A DNA stretch of 64,000 nt from positions 11,797,309 through 11,861,308 of the forward strand of contig CM082591.2 of the NCBI GenBank assembly GCA_040954595.2. Reading direction: 5' to 3'. Under the pieces are notes generated by a model. That model made no database searches. It had not been told where the DNA came from and saw only the letters and a list, made by a program, of their open reading frames with translations. Position 1 is the first letter of the stretch. The number at the start of each line of letters is the position of its first letter. The DNA is from Balanoglossus misakiensis (Eukaryota; Animalia; Hemichordata). The position numbers and the translations under genes are program-made. Shown in pieces: positions 9,091 to 24,106 of this stretch.

Positions 9091-12000
9091 CTAGTTGAGT
9101 CTGTCCTTGGTTTGAGTAACCAATCGATACATTTATGCAAAGTCTGCCAATTACTCTGGTGGCTCAACAGTGCCAGCAAATAAGCACTGCACGAACTTTG
9201 AACTTTGCCCTCTGTTCTGGGTTTGTGCGTCTTGACAAAGAGTAACTGGTGTTGCAGTTGAGGGCAACTTTGCACAATCTCAGGGTCCAGGAGCTCCAGC
9301 CAATCAATAAGCAGCCCTGCCGTTGACCAGCCTAATTCGCATCTGTGACAATGTGTAATTAAAGAGAAATATACAGTCAGTGGAGTAAAGGGTATAACAC
9401 AATCATACTGATGGAATTCTCACTACCTGAAATAGGTTTTTGATACCTAGGTGAGTGATGAATAAAGGTCTAATGTCCTCTCTGATATAACATACTAGTG
9501 TATGGTAAATGTCTTTCAGAGATCTACACATTAAAGGGACAAACTCTCTACAGTTAATTCATTTTGGGGAGATTTTTACTCTCATATCCTACAAACGGGA
9601 TGGAAGTTGTGTGTGGTCGAACATTGATTCACTATATATCCACATGTAGAATAACATAAATGGTGTCTTGTATCAAACATAATGTATGGAAAAAGGGCAG
9701 CGAGAGAGAGACTTTGTCCCTTTAAATATCATAGCTGGCATACAGTTATAAATATGCATTTTTTGATTTATGTCTTGCAAGTACAAAACTGTTCTTTATT
9801 AAAAAGAAATACAGACAAGGTGATCCCAGGAACATAAAACCCAAAACTCAAAGCTACCAGACAGATGAGTCTTGAGATAAACTTGGACTTACTTGTCAAT
9901 CAATCTGGACTGCTCTTGTAACAACAACTCACTCAATGCTTCACTGGTGCTGGATGATTTTGTTGGCACTTGCATAGCAACAGATAAGGCTTTATTCAGA
10001 AACTCTTCTAGTTGGCTGGAATTGGCGCCTGTCAGCTGGTGATACACTGCATATGGTGCAAAGTCAAACAAAATTCACCCAATCATAAAATGTATCATTA
10101 ACAGTTATTGGGAAGTCAACGCGCCCTGCGCCATAGTCGCATTGAACTGAAAAGTGACGCATTGAAATTTGTTACTTTGCGCCCGAAGTGCGCATTGAAA
10201 TTTGAGTCCGAAATACTTAGGAAAAAAATTTTTGTTTAGCATCCTCGCCTATGAGGCCATCAAGGCGTCCTATAAATAGCCTCATTTTATGGTGCCCATA
10301 GTAACACGTACAAATTGCAACAAGTAACGCAGCTCAGCATACCGATCGCAACAAGTTATCTAAACTTGACGAAAGATGTAGCAACTTTTGTTGGAGGTCA
10401 TGCCATGCGTTCGAAGGCGTCTGCAAAATACTTGTACACAGGATAGCAGACAGCAGACACCCGTGATGTCGATTTTGAGAGGCCGTAGTGATGTCAAAAA
10501 GAAGCATAAAAGGAAGGCATCTCTTTTCAGCAGCAAGACTGTCGTTTCCATCATCAATTTGTGGATTTTATCAAGCATAAAATCTTCGCTTTTGCTCACT
10601 TTTGCTCGTCATGTTAAAGTTGTATGTCGCATACATAGTCAAAGCATGCCTTGCATGCTATTGTGTTATCCAATCAAGTGAGAAAAATAGCAAACATTGT
10701 TTTCAAACTTGTTCCTGTACAGTCATTCTTCAATTAATGAGTATGGTTTTAGTATAACCCAGGCAAAATCTCCATTTTCTTGAAGCTAGACTACCTAAAT
10801 CATTCATAATCCCTCATTATGTAAACAAGACGTCAATTTTTAAATTTTCCTAGGAAGCTAAACAAAACATTTTTTTTTCCTTAAATAGTACATAATAGTG
10901 ACAAAGCTGAGAAACAGCTTGCGAGACTCCTGCTGATTCGACTTGAAGGAAAAACATTTCACACCAATACCTTTGGAGACATTTGCATGGAAAGAAGAGA
11001 CTGATAAACACATGTTATATAGACATGTAAATGACAATATAAACAATTTTGAACTGATGATATTTTGCATCTAAATTTCATTCGATTTTTTGTCGATACT
11101 GTAGGGCTCATTACAAATTTTGAATGTCCCATTGAAGTTCAAAATGGCCCATTCATTTTGGCTGGGATGGGGCCATTGGCACATTGGTGTTTTCAGACTT
11201 CCCAATCACTGCATTAACATGATCATACCATAAAAAATGTGAATGAATTACAATTATAGCGTGCGCATATTGAATCATACGAAATCACACCAAATAACGC
11301 GAGACTTAGAAATAACATTACATGTGTATGGTGCCACTTAAACAACACCATTTATTCTTTTTGAGCCTAAATCATGTTTAACCACAACTAGACAACCACA
11401 ATGACCTTGTGAGAATGAAACCCACCAATAAATACATGTAGATAATCTGAAGCTATCACAGAAACAGAATGTCTTTGACAAAGTATTGCAAAGCCTTCAA
11501 TTGACCGCGAAAAAGTTGACGAAGCATGCATGTGGAAAGTGGAGTGTTGACAACAATGTGAATATATGCACGATAGCTTGCTGCGCTCGCACTCAGGTCA
11601 AACCTGTTACATATTACCAAAAATGTGGATCTATATAATTAACATTGGGTCCGTTCCTTCTTATCCCACTCGTGTTTCTGTTTGTTTGGTGAGAATATCT
11701 AATAGGTTAGCCCCTTTCACTCCCAGTTCCTTCTTTAGAGGTCCAACCTTACCATAGAAAACGATGGGTTTGGACTGGAACATGGCGGTGAAAGGGTTCA
11801 GGTGCTTGAGGGAGTGTTAAAAATGTAGACTTTACCTTTCTATAACATGTCTCTATCTACAGCCATCCGTCCCTCAGTGACGGCTTCAATGATTTCACTC
11901 ACTTCATCCAAGTTGCCACCACTGGCTTTGATGGGACTTTTCTCACTGCTCAGGGATTTCGCTGGAAGGAAGGACGTAAGACTGGAATTAAGGCATACGT

Positions 12001-15000
12001 CCCTACATAAAGGGAGGACATTTGGACATGATACCACAAATGGTTAATGGAGTTTCTGGGAAGGTTTTCAAATTCCAGGAATTTCCAGGAGTGTACGAAT
12101 CCAGTTAAGAATTCTTTATGTCATGTGATCTGGCCATGTGACCTGCAGCATTGTCATTTCCAGGTGACGGCAAACAACATAGTGGCATCCAGTAAAAGTT
12201 TTCCACGTATGTAAGTACTTAAGAACCGCCAGACATGTAACATGTATCAGGTATAGTACCTCATCAGCCTCATGGCATTTTGTCTGCACAGTCTTTGTCT
12301 GCACCACGTTGCTGAAGTTGCCTGTCATCTGGAAAATTGAATGCCAACGTATTTGCGCTTGAGCGCGTCTGGCGTCTTTTGATATCAAAGAATAAATGCA
12401 TTGTACAAACTTGAAAGTATGTAGAATTTTTCTATTTATCCTGTGTGATATAGTGAAAACGCTCAAGTTACAGTTTGTGTATGGTTTTGAGAATTATTTC
12501 ACTGCTTGAGGTAAGTGAAATAAACAGCTCACCTTGTTGTCTGTTGACTTTTTCATACTGGTTGAGAAGTTTTGTAAACACACTGTTTTCAGACTTTGAT
12601 GAACTCAAAATTGCAGACACTAGCTGGACAAATCTCATCATATCTTCCTTCTTTTCAAGATGTTTCTAAATGATATAAAGGAGTGAGAATTGTGCATGAT
12701 TATGTCAGTTTTGAACTTTCATGTCTGTTTTGGACTGAGAGCTGTTGAATGAGAGAGAGAGAGGGAGAGAGAGATCGCGCTCGAACAATCAGGGGGTCAC
12801 GCAGACGTAATCTTTTCATTGGCGTGATACTGATATCACCACGTAACTTGCAATTCCCAAGAGTGCGACTGTACGTACGTAAACTGTATCAAATTCAACT
12901 CATTCACGTCATATGAGAGGAGGTATACCGTGCGAATGCGAGCGCTGGGGGAACCGGGTACCGCCTACTTGAAATGGACCTCTTCCCTTAGTGAAGTCAA
13001 ATAATCATAATTATCTATCATGTAAGAAGTCAAAAATGTAAGAGAATGTTTTAATAAATATGTCAACTTATTATTTATATTCCCCTGTACATATTCCCCT
13101 GTAAATGTCTCATAATTTGAGGAATAATATTTTGGAAGCTGAACGGAAGTTGCAACTCAAATCAAATTTCAACTTCTCCAATATATGGAATAACACTATA
13201 AGCCTACTGACTTGAGAAACTCAAATTGAATTTCAAATTCTCGAACAAACGAAAATATGTTTGAATGTAAGTAATCTTACTATAAAATTGACATGCAATT
13301 ACCTGTCGTTGGTGAAGCAAACTGAACAATGGACATGACAAATGATGTTTTCTGTGTAGATTATAAATAAACTGACTCTCATCACTTGATGTTAGGATTT
13401 CTTGCATTGCCAGAATGATGTGATCACCAGAATTCTCTGATGAATCAAACAATTTCAGCCTGGAGATTTCCCTGGACAGTGTCTGTGTGAGAAATGATGG
13501 CAAAATATTAATATCATTTATTAGGAAACCTGGCCAGTCACTGAGAAATCTGTCGGCCTTTACAAAGTATAGTTCATAATCTTCTCATAAAATGATAAAG
13601 TTGCCGCAAAGGTATACAGTCACCTATAATTTACATACGCCCATATATGGCTGAAATGGCGTATTTGAGCGTTCTAAAGGACATATGGCGGCGCTCTTTT
13701 TTCGCGTGTGCCACCCACTGAAAATCTGTGATTGGCTAGATCTCAAGTTTACCATGGTAACTGTAGTTAAATTACCATAGGTGACAATATACCTTAACAT
13801 ATCATATTTCTTCTGGGAAGTGTAATTGTTTTAAGATCAAATATTACATGTACATACCAATTGTATGCCTCTCAGATATTGTCTTTCCGTTGATGCACTC
13901 ACTTTGTGCTCACCAATACTGAATAGCTGTAAATATAATCAAAGGAGAAGAAATCACTCACTCATTAGCAATGATACTGCAAAAGTGGAAGTGACTGATT
14001 TTGAGTCTGAAGTTGGAAAAGAGTCCCAGTACAGTGTAGAGAGGTTTCCAGATTAGGTAGATTTTGCTGTCCAACCATTTTCACACAACGGCCATAAAAC
14101 TTAAAGAAGAACTATTAAATTACCCAACCTGATAAGTTTTGTGGTGTTTGGAAAGTCGTCCATGTCTGATGACACAAGATCAGCTTTTGATTGTAACATG
14201 AGACATGATCAGTTGTGTTTTGGTTCAAAAGAACATGACCTGGTTTAAGAAGCCTTGCAACTTCAGGTGACTACAGAAGGAGCTATACTGTGCCCATTGG
14301 CCTTGATTTGACTGAGAAACCATGATTTACTGAAAAGCCACTTGGAAAAGGGTCCACTTTATTTCTAAACCAAACTTACCTTCAGGAAGATCATCTTGGC
14401 TGACTCTTGACTATCTACAGTGACTTTTCTTGCATCCATCTTGGCTGCAACATCTTTCTTTTCATCCACCTGCATTGCCTCACTTTTCTCCTCTTTCTTT
14501 TCCTCATCTGCAAATAAAAATTGTGTTATGTCCAGGAAATATTATTTACTTTATGAGAAGAAACTGGAATATCTAGCTTTGCAAATCAGTTAGTGAAATA
14601 AGAGAACGCAAACAATTAATTGTCATGAAATAGTCACCTCTGTTAATATCGCGAAAAATTTCCCATCACAAAAATTACCAAGATTACAGTAACCTAAAAA
14701 TATAAAATCCTAATAATGTCCAAAGTTGAAGAATTCTACAAGTATGACTTAACTTTTGAGACACTATTTCACAACACAAATACTAGTACCTTTGTTCTCT
14801 TTATCCAGGAATGAATTTTTTTCCACCTTCTGCTCCTCTCATCTGTTGAACTTCCACTAACTGAGCCATGTATCCTTTGTCAACCACAGCCTGTTCCATA
14901 CTGTACAGATCTTGTCTGCAGGCCATGTCGAGATGCTGCAGTAGTTTGCTGTGAAAAGAAACAGAAGTGTTACATGTGTATGTGTGTTACAGGGCCAGAT

Positions 15001-16924
15001 CACGGCACATCATGACAAAATCTTTGTGAATATGGTGCTAGCATCATGTTTATAGCAGATCATGTGTATTCATACTTGTGGGCCAAATGACCTTAATATG
15101 TGGTTTGTTGTATGACTTAATTATAACACACACACCCAGTTTTTTTAATAGTCCTGCTTGAAAGATCACAGAGTGTCTTTGGCTACTGAAAAGCACCACC
15201 ACAATGAGAGATAACTCACAACACCGAAGAGTAAATCTCTAAAGTTGTAATTTAAACCAAGTATGGAAATTGGGATGTACGGTAGCTTTGATGAGGAATA
15301 ATTCTAGAGTTACAACATACCTCATGCTGTTGACTGGTATACCAAAGGACTGCACAAACAAGACCAACTGAGCTGGTTCCAAGTCTTCCAGGGCTGAAAA
15401 AAATGACAAATTCAGGATGAAAACAACAAAAGTTTGGTGAGAAAAGATCCCAAGTTGAATTGACACACAGATTGGCAGATATTTCCACGAAATATCACAT
15501 GTAAATGGTGCAACAACAGATTAACCGATCAGGCCATGACAAATACTGCACCTCTTCACAAAAACTGCTGGGTTGCAATTTATAGCATAAAATTACAATG
15601 TACTGTAAAACAGGAAATTTTTGTGATATCACAAGAGAGCTGACTATTCCATTGCTCACATTGTTTCTTTGCGACCATTTATTTTCACGTTTTTTGGCTC
15701 TCACGAAATTCGCAAAAATTTCCCCTTTTACAATAGTATGGTTGGATCTATACAATGTATACATTGAATGGGGATGAACACTGGACAGTGGAGCACTCTA
15801 TATTAAAATTTGGGAAAACATTGAAGCCATATTAAGGTCATACTTGATTAAGCTGAAAGTCGGCACAGAATAAATTTGAAATTCAATTGGCTACAAAAAT
15901 TGACTTTTCTGCCATTCTGAGATCTCCATGCTGAGCTCAATTATGTTGCTGCTTCATATAGTGGTCAGCAATAAAAACTTACTACTGTTACAGTGGTTAT
16001 ACATGTAACTCTTATTAAATGTTTTTTTTTCTTGTTTTATCATGAAATCTGACAATATCACGAAATCTGACTGTGGGTGGCACGACAGAATAAAACTGGT
16101 TTTCGTCTCAACTTTTGTACATGTAGTGACACAATGAAAGAATGACAGAGAAACTGCTAACAGACAGATTATTATATATTTTTTTACCTTTTCATGTCAC
16201 TTTTATAAAACACTGCATGGCAACAAATGTGAACCATGAACAATTTGCAAGACAATGAACTAGAAGTTGAACGAGATTTGAAGACCTGCTCTGGAAGTAA
16301 TTGATTGACACTCACCCATGAGTAAGATTCCGCATGGGGCTGTGTGGCTTTCTTCAAGTAATTGTAGAATATATGTAACATGGATGTCAGTGTACATAGT
16401 GTTGGTCTGGTCGGCACTGGTGTCTCTACACAGCATGGAGCTGAGTATGGTGGGCCTTTCTACAATCAACTGAGCTAAATCCTAGAATCAGAAAGGTAGC
16501 AGTGAAGTAAAATCAAATATGTTTGTCAAAACAACAACAACAATAACAACACACATAATCATATTCAAATAAAAATCACTTGGTTCATGCTTAGAACTTT
16601 CTATAAACTTACTCTTTTTTTTTTGCACATACTCCAATGAAAATACTGTTTGATATATAGATCACAGACTTTTGCATTTTCAACTGTTTTTGTTCTAATA
16701 CTATTTGTGTGTAGCCCTCACCCAGAACCTGTATGTATGATTCACAATCATATGTCTTTATTTGTTTCTACCAGAGGTCTCCACGACTCATACTGGAAAT
16801 ACACAAATCATCATCTTACCAATGCAAGGTCGGCCATTTCATGAAGCTGATTGGTCGAAGAATATTTGGAGAGGAACATGATGTACGCACTGATGGTGAG
16901 TGGCTCTGTTTCCATCTGGCAAGC
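9091..16924 (-). pseudogene. INTS1: INTS1 fragment copy 2 (with 1.11-kb TIR insertion)
   Basis: Same exon set and lesions as copy 1. Confidence 0.9.
10102..11211. mobile_element. Non-autonomous TIR DNA transposon, 1110 bp, hAT-like termini, 6-bp TSD
   Basis: TIR CAGTTATTGGGAAGTC ... GACTTCCCAATCACTG (15/16 match). CATTAA is duplicated at 10096-10101 and 11212-11217 and single at the empty site 3114-3119. No transposase-length ORF. Confidence 0.93.
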
Positions 16925-17188
16925 CTTAGGACTAACAGCACATCGCTCACTGTGTTAAACGGCACAAAAGTTACAATTTCTGTCAAACTCTGCACCTATT
17001 CTAGTTTCCCCCCAAAAAATTCACGAAAATGGCAAGCTAGACTTCAGTGTTATATCGAAATTCTACATTAAATTAAGCACTAAGCCTCATATATTGGCAA
17101 CTCATTCTCCACATGAGGCATTTTCAGATCTTTACACGATTTTCTGTGTACAAAGATCAACCTGAAGAAGTATGATACAATTTCTCAC

Positions 17189-20100
17189 CTAGTTGAGTCT
17201 GTCCTTGGTTTGAGTAACCAATCGATACATTTATGCAAAGTCTGCCAATTACTCTGGTGGCTCAACAGTGCCAGCAAATAAGCACTGCACGAACTTTGAA
17301 CTTTGCCCTCTGTTCTGGGTTTGTGCGTCTTGACAAAGAGTAACTGGTGTTGCAGTTGAGGGCAACTTTGCACAATCTCAGGGTCCAGGAGCTCCAGCCA
17401 ATCAATAAGCAGCCCTGCCGTTGACCAGCCTAATTCGCATCTGTGACAATGTGTAATTAAAGAGAAATATACAGTCAGTGGAGTAAAGGGTATAACACAA
17501 TCATACTGATGGAATTCTCACTACCTGAAATAGGTTTTTGCTACCTAGGTGAGTGATGAATAAAGGTCTAATGTCCTCTCTGATATAACATACTAGTGTA
17601 TGGTAAATGTCTTTCAGAGATCTACACATTAAAGGGACAAACTCTCTACAGTTAATTCATTTTGGGGAGATTTTTACTCTCATATCCTACAAACGGGATG
17701 GAAGTTGTGTGTGGTCGAACATTGATTCACTATATATCCACATGTAGAATAACATAAATGGTGTCTTGTATCAAACATAATGTATGGAAAAAGGGCAGCG
17801 AGAGAGAGACTTTGTCCCTTTAAATATCATAGCTGGCATACAGTTATAAATATGCATTTTTTGATTTATGTCTTGCAAGTACAAAACTGTTCTTTATTAA
17901 AAAGAAATACAGACAAGGTGATCCCAGGAACATAAAACCCAAAACTCAAAGCTACCAGACAGATGAGTCTTGAGATAAACTTGGACTTACTTGTCAATCA
18001 ATCTGGACTGCTCTTGTAACAACAACTCACTCAATGCTTCACTGGTGCTGGATGATTTTGTTGGCACTTGCATAGCAACAGATAAGGCTTTATTCAGAAA
18101 CTCTTCTAGTTGGCTGGAATTGGCGCCTGTCAGCTGGTGATACACTGCATATGGTGCAAAGTCAAACAAAATTCACCCAATCATAAAATGTATCATTAAC
18201 AGTTATTGGGAAGTCAACGCGCCCTGCGCCATAGTCGCATTGAACTGAAAAGTGACGCATTGAAATTTGTTACTTTGCGCCCGAAGTGCGCATTGAAATT
18301 TGAGTCCGAAATACTTAGGAAAAAAATTTTTGTTTAGCATCCTCGCCTATGAGGCCATCAAGGCGTCCTATAAATAGCCTCATTTTATGGTGCCCATAGT
18401 AACACGTACAAATTGCAACAAGTAACGCAGCTCAGCATACCGATCGCAACAAGTTATCTAAACTTGACGAAAGATGTAGCAACTTTTGTTGGAGGTCATG
18501 CCATGCGTTCGAACGCGTCTGCAAAATACTTGTACACAGGATAGCAGACAGCAGACACCCGTGATGTCGATTTTGAGAGGCCGTAGTGATGTCAAAAAGA
18601 AGCATAAAAGGAAGGCATCTCTTTTCAGCAGCAAGACTGTCGTTTCCATCATCAATTTGTGGATTTTATCAAGCATAAAATCTTCGCTTTTGCTCACTTT
18701 TGCTCGTCATGTTAAAGTTGTATGTCGCATACATAGTCAAAGCATGCCTTGCATGCTATTGTGTTATCCAATCAAGTGAGAAAAATAGCAAACATTGTTT
18801 TCAAACTTGTTCCTGTACAGTCATTCTTCAATTAATGAGTATGGTTTTAGTATAACCCAGGCAAAATCTCCATTTTCTTGAAGCTAGACTACCTAAATCA
18901 TTCATAATCCCTCATTATGTAAACAAGACGTCAATTTTTAAATTTTCCTAGGAAGCTAAACAAAACATTTTTTTTTCCTTAAATAGTACATAATAGTGAC
19001 AAAGCTGAGAAACAGCTTGCGAGACTCCTGCTGATTCGACTTGAAGGAAAAACATTTCACACCAATACCTTTGGAGACATTTGCATGGAAAGAAGAGACT
19101 GATAAACACATGTTATATAGACATGTAAATGACAATATAAACAATTTTGAACTGATGATATTTTGCATCTAAATTTCATTCGATTTTTTGTCGATACTGT
19201 AGGGCTCATTACAAATTTTGAATGTCCCATTGAAGTTCAAAATGGCCCATTCATTTTGGCTGGGATGGGGCCATTGGCACATTGGTGTTTTCAGACTTCC
19301 CAATCACTGCATTAACATGATCATACCATAAAAAATGTGAATGAATTACAATTATAGCGTGCGCATATTGAATCATACGAAATCACACCAAATAACGCGA
19401 GACTTAGAAATAACATTACATGTGTATGGTGCCACTTAAACAACACCATTTATTCTTTTTGAGCCTAAATCATGTTTAACCACAACTAGACAACCACAAT
19501 GACCTTGTGAGAATGAAACCCACCAATAAATACATGTAGATAATCTGAAGCTATCACAGAAACAGAATGTCTTTGACAAAGTATTGCAAAGCCTTCAGTT
19601 GACCGCGAAAAAGTTGACGAAGCATGCATGTGGAAAGTGGAGTGTTGACAACAATGTGAATATATGCACGATAGCTTGCTGCGCTCGCACTCAGGTCAAA
19701 CCTGTTACATATTACCAAAAATGTGGATCTATATAATTAACATTGGGTCCGTTCCTTCTTATCCCACTCGTGTTTCTGTTTGTTTGGTGAGAATATCTAA
19801 TAGGTTAGCCCCTTTCACTCCCAGTTCCTTCTTTAGAGGTCCAACCTTACCATAGAAAACGATGGGTTTGGACTGGAACATGGCGGTGAAAGGGTTCAGG
19901 TGCTTGAGGGAGTGTTAAAAATGTAGACTTTACCTTTCTATAACATGTCTCTATCTACAGCCATCCGTCCCTCAGTGACGGCTTCAATGATTTCACTCAC
20001 TTCATCCAAGTTGCCACCACTGGCTTTGATGGGACTTTTCTCACTGCTCAGGGATTTCGCTGGAAGGAAGGACGTAAGACTGGAATTAAGGCATACGTCC

Positions 20101-23100
20101 CTACATAAAGGGAGGACATTTGGACATGATACCACAAATGGTTAATGGAGTTTCTGGGAAGGTTTTCAAATTCCAGGAATTTCCAGGAGTGTACGAATCC
20201 AGTTTTGTAAACACACTGTTTTCAGACTTTGATGAACTCAAAATTGCAGACACTAGCTGGACAAATCTCATCATATCTTCCTTCTTTTCAAGATGTTTCT
20301 AAATGATATAAAGGAGTGAGAATTGTGCATGATTATGTCAGTTTTGAACTTTCATGTCTGTTTTGGACTGAGAGCTGTTGAATGAGAGAGAGAGAGGGAG
20401 AGAGAGATCGCGCTCGAACAATCAGGGGGTCACGCAGACGTAATCTTTTCATTGGCGTGATACTGATATCACCACGTAACTTGCAATTCCCAAGAGTGCG
20501 ACTGTACGTACGTAAACTGTATCAAATTCAACTCATTCACGTCATATGAGAGGAGGTATACCGTGCGAATGCGAGCGCTGGGGGAACCGGGTACCGCCTA
20601 CTTGAAATGGACCTCTTCCCTTAGTGAAGTCAAATAATCATAATTATCTATCATGTAAGAAGTCAAAAATGTAAGAGAATGTTTTAATAAATATGTCAAC
20701 TTATTATTTATATTCCCCTGTACATATTCCCCTGTAAATGTCTCATAATTTGAGGAATAATATTTTGGAAGCTGAACGGAAGTTGCAACTCAAATCAAAT
20801 TTCAACTTCTCCAATATATGGAATAACACTATAAGCCTACTGACTTGAGAAACTCAAATTGAATTTCAAATTCTCGAACAAACGAAAATATGTTTGAATG
20901 TAAGTAATCTTACTATAAAATTGACATGCAATTACCTGTCGTTGGTGAAGCAAACTGAACAATGGACATGACAAATGATGTTTTCTGTGTAGATTATAAA
21001 TAAACTGACTCTCATCACTTGATGTTAGGATTTCTTGCATTGCCAGAATGATGTGATCACCAGAATTCTCTGATGAATCAAACAATTTCAGCCTGGAGAT
21101 TTCCCTGGACAGTGTCTGTGTGAGAAATGATGGCAAAATATTAATATCATTTATTAGGAAACCTGGCCAGTCACTGAGAAATCTGTCGGCCTTTACAAAG
21201 TATAGTTCATAATCTTCTCATAAAATGATAAAGTTGCCGCAAAGGTATACAGTCACCTATAATTTACATACGCCCATATATGGCTGAAATGGCGTATTTG
21301 AGCGTTCTAAAGGACATATGGCGGCGCTCTTTTTTCGCGTGTGCCACCCACTGAAAATCTGTGATTGGCTAGATCTCAAGTTTACCATGGTAACTGTAGT
21401 TAAATTACCATAGGTGACAATATACCTTAACATATCATATTTCTTCTGGGAAGTGTAATTGTTTTAAGATCAAATATTACATGTACATACCAATTGTATG
21501 CCTCTCAGATATTGTCTTTCCGTTGATGCACTCACTTTGTGCTCACCAATACTGAATAGCTGTAAATATAATCAAAGGAGAAGAAATCACTCACTCATTA
21601 GCAATGATACTGCAAAAGTGGAAGTGACTGATTTTGAGTCTGAAGTTGGAAAAGAGTCCCAGTACAGTGTAGAGAGGTTTCCAGATTAGGTAGATTTTGC
21701 TGTCCAACCATTTTCACACAACGGCCATAAAACTTAAAGAAGAACTATTAAATTACCCAGCCTGATAAGTTTTGTGGTGTTTGGAAAGTCGTCCATGTCT
21801 GATGACACAAGATCAGCTTTTGATTGTAACATGAGACATGATCAGTTGTGTTTTGGTTCAAAAGAACATGACCTGGTTTAAGAAGCCTTGCAACTTCAGG
21901 TGACTACAGAAGGAGCTATACTGTGCCCATTGGCCTTGATTTGACTGAGAAACCATGATTTACTGAAAAGCCACTTGGAAAAGGGTCCACTTTATTTCTA
22001 AACCAAACTTACCTTCAGGAAGATCATCTTGGCTGACTCTTGACTATCTACAGTGACTTTTCTTGCATCCATCTTGGCTGCAACATCTTTCTTTTCATCC
22101 ACCTGCATTGCCTCACTTTTCTCCTCTTTCTTTTCCTCATCTGCAAATAAAAATTGTGTTATGTCCAGGAAATATTATTTACTTTATGAGAAGAAACTGG
22201 AATATCTAGCTTTGCAAATCAGTTAGTGAAATAAGAGAACGCAAACAATTAATTGTCATGAAATAGTCACCTCTGTTAATATCGCGAAAAATTTCCCATC
22301 ACAAAAATTACCAAGATTACAGTAACCTAAAAATATAAAATCCTAATAATGTCCAAAGTTGAAGAATTCTACAAGTATGACTTAACTTTTGAGACACTAT
22401 TTCACAACACAAATACTAGTACCTTTGTTCTCTTTATCCAGGAATGAATTTTTTTCCACCTTCTGCTCCTCTCATCTGTTGAACTTCCACTAACTGAGCC
22501 ATGTATCCTTTGTCAACCACAGCCTGTTCCATACTGTACAGATCTTGTCTGCAGGCCATGTCGAGATGCTGCAGTAGTTTGCTGTGAAAAGAAACAGAAG
22601 TGTTACATGTGTATGTGTGTTACAGGGCCAGATCACGGCACATCATGACAAAATCTTTGTGAATATGGTGCTAGCATCATGTTTATAGCAGATCATGTGT
22701 ATTCATACTTGTGGGCCAAATGACCTTAATATGTGGTTTGTTGTATGACTTAATTATAACACACAAACCCAGTTTTTTTAATAGTCCTGCTTGAAAGATC
22801 ACAGAGTGTCTTTGGCTACTGAAAAGCACCACCACAATGAGAGATAACTCACAACACCGAAGAGTAAATCTCTAAAGTTGTAATTTAAACCAAGTATGGA
22901 AATTGGGATGTACGGTAGCTTTGATGAGGAATAATTCTAGAGTTACAACATACCTCATGCTGTTGACTGGTATACCAAAGGACTGCACAAACAAGACCAA
23001 CTGAGCTGGTTCCAAGTCTTCCAGGGCTGAAAAAAATGACAAATTCAGGATGAAAACAACAAAAGTTTGGTGAGAAAAGATCCCAAGTTGAATTGACACA

Positions 23101-24106
23101 CAGATTGGCAGATATTTCCACGAAATATCACATGTAAATGGTGCAACAACAGATTAACCGATCAGGCCATGACAAATACTGCACCTCTTCACAAAAACTG
23201 CTGGGTTGCAATTTATAGCATAAAATTACTGTAAAACAGGAAATTTTTGTGATATCACAAGAGAGCTGACTATTCCATTGCTCACATTGTTTCTTTGCGA
23301 CCATTTATTTTCACGTTTTTTGGCTCTCACGAAATTCGCAAAAATTTCCCCTTTTACAATAGTATGGTTGGATCTATACAATGTATACATTGAATGGGGA
23401 TGAACACTGGACAGTGGAGCACTCTATATTAAAATTTGGGAAAACATTGAAGCCATATTAAGGTCATACTTGATTAAGCTGAAAGTCGGCACAGAATAAA
23501 TTTGAAATTCAATTGGCTACAAAAATTGACTTTTCTGCCATTCTGAGATCTCCATGCTGAGCTCAATTATGTTGCTGCTTCATATAGTGGTCAGCAATAA
23601 AAACTTACTACTGTTACAGTGGTTATACATGTAACTCTTATTAAATGTTTTTTTTTCTTGTTTTATCATGAAATCTGACAATATCACGAAATCTGACTGT
23701 GGGTGGCACGACAGAATAAAACTGGTTTTCGTCTCAACTTTTGTACATGTAGTGACACAATGAAAGAATGACAGAGAAACTGCTAACAGACAGATTATTA
23801 TATATTTTTTTACCTTTTCATGTCACTTTTATAAAACACTGCATGGCAACAAATGTGAACCATGAACAATTTGCAAGACAATGAACTAGAAGTTGAACGA
23901 GATTTGAAGACCTGCTCTGGAAGTAATTGATTGACACTCACCCATGAGTAAGATTCCGCATGGGGCTGTGTGGCTTTCTTCAAGTAATTGTAGAATATAT
24001 GTAACATGGATGTCAGTGTACATAGTGTTGGTCTGGTCGGCACTGGTGTCTCTACACAGCATGGAGCTGAGTATGGTGGGCCTTTCTACAATCAACTGAG
24101 CTAAAT
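17189..24106 (-). pseudogene. INTS1: INTS1 fragment copy 3 (465-bp deletion truncates exon g; exon z lost in the 962-bp deletion)
   Basis: Same exon set; deletion junctions at 20201-20204 and 24106/24107. Confidence 0.88.
18200..19309. mobile_element. Same TIR element, unit 3
   Basis: Same TIRs, TSD and position in the unit. Confidence 0.93.

Noticed and set aside
10360-11070. ORFs inside the 1.11-kb element as a transposase
   Set aside because: Under 100 aa, with no recognisable DDE, BED-finger or hAT dimerisation motif.
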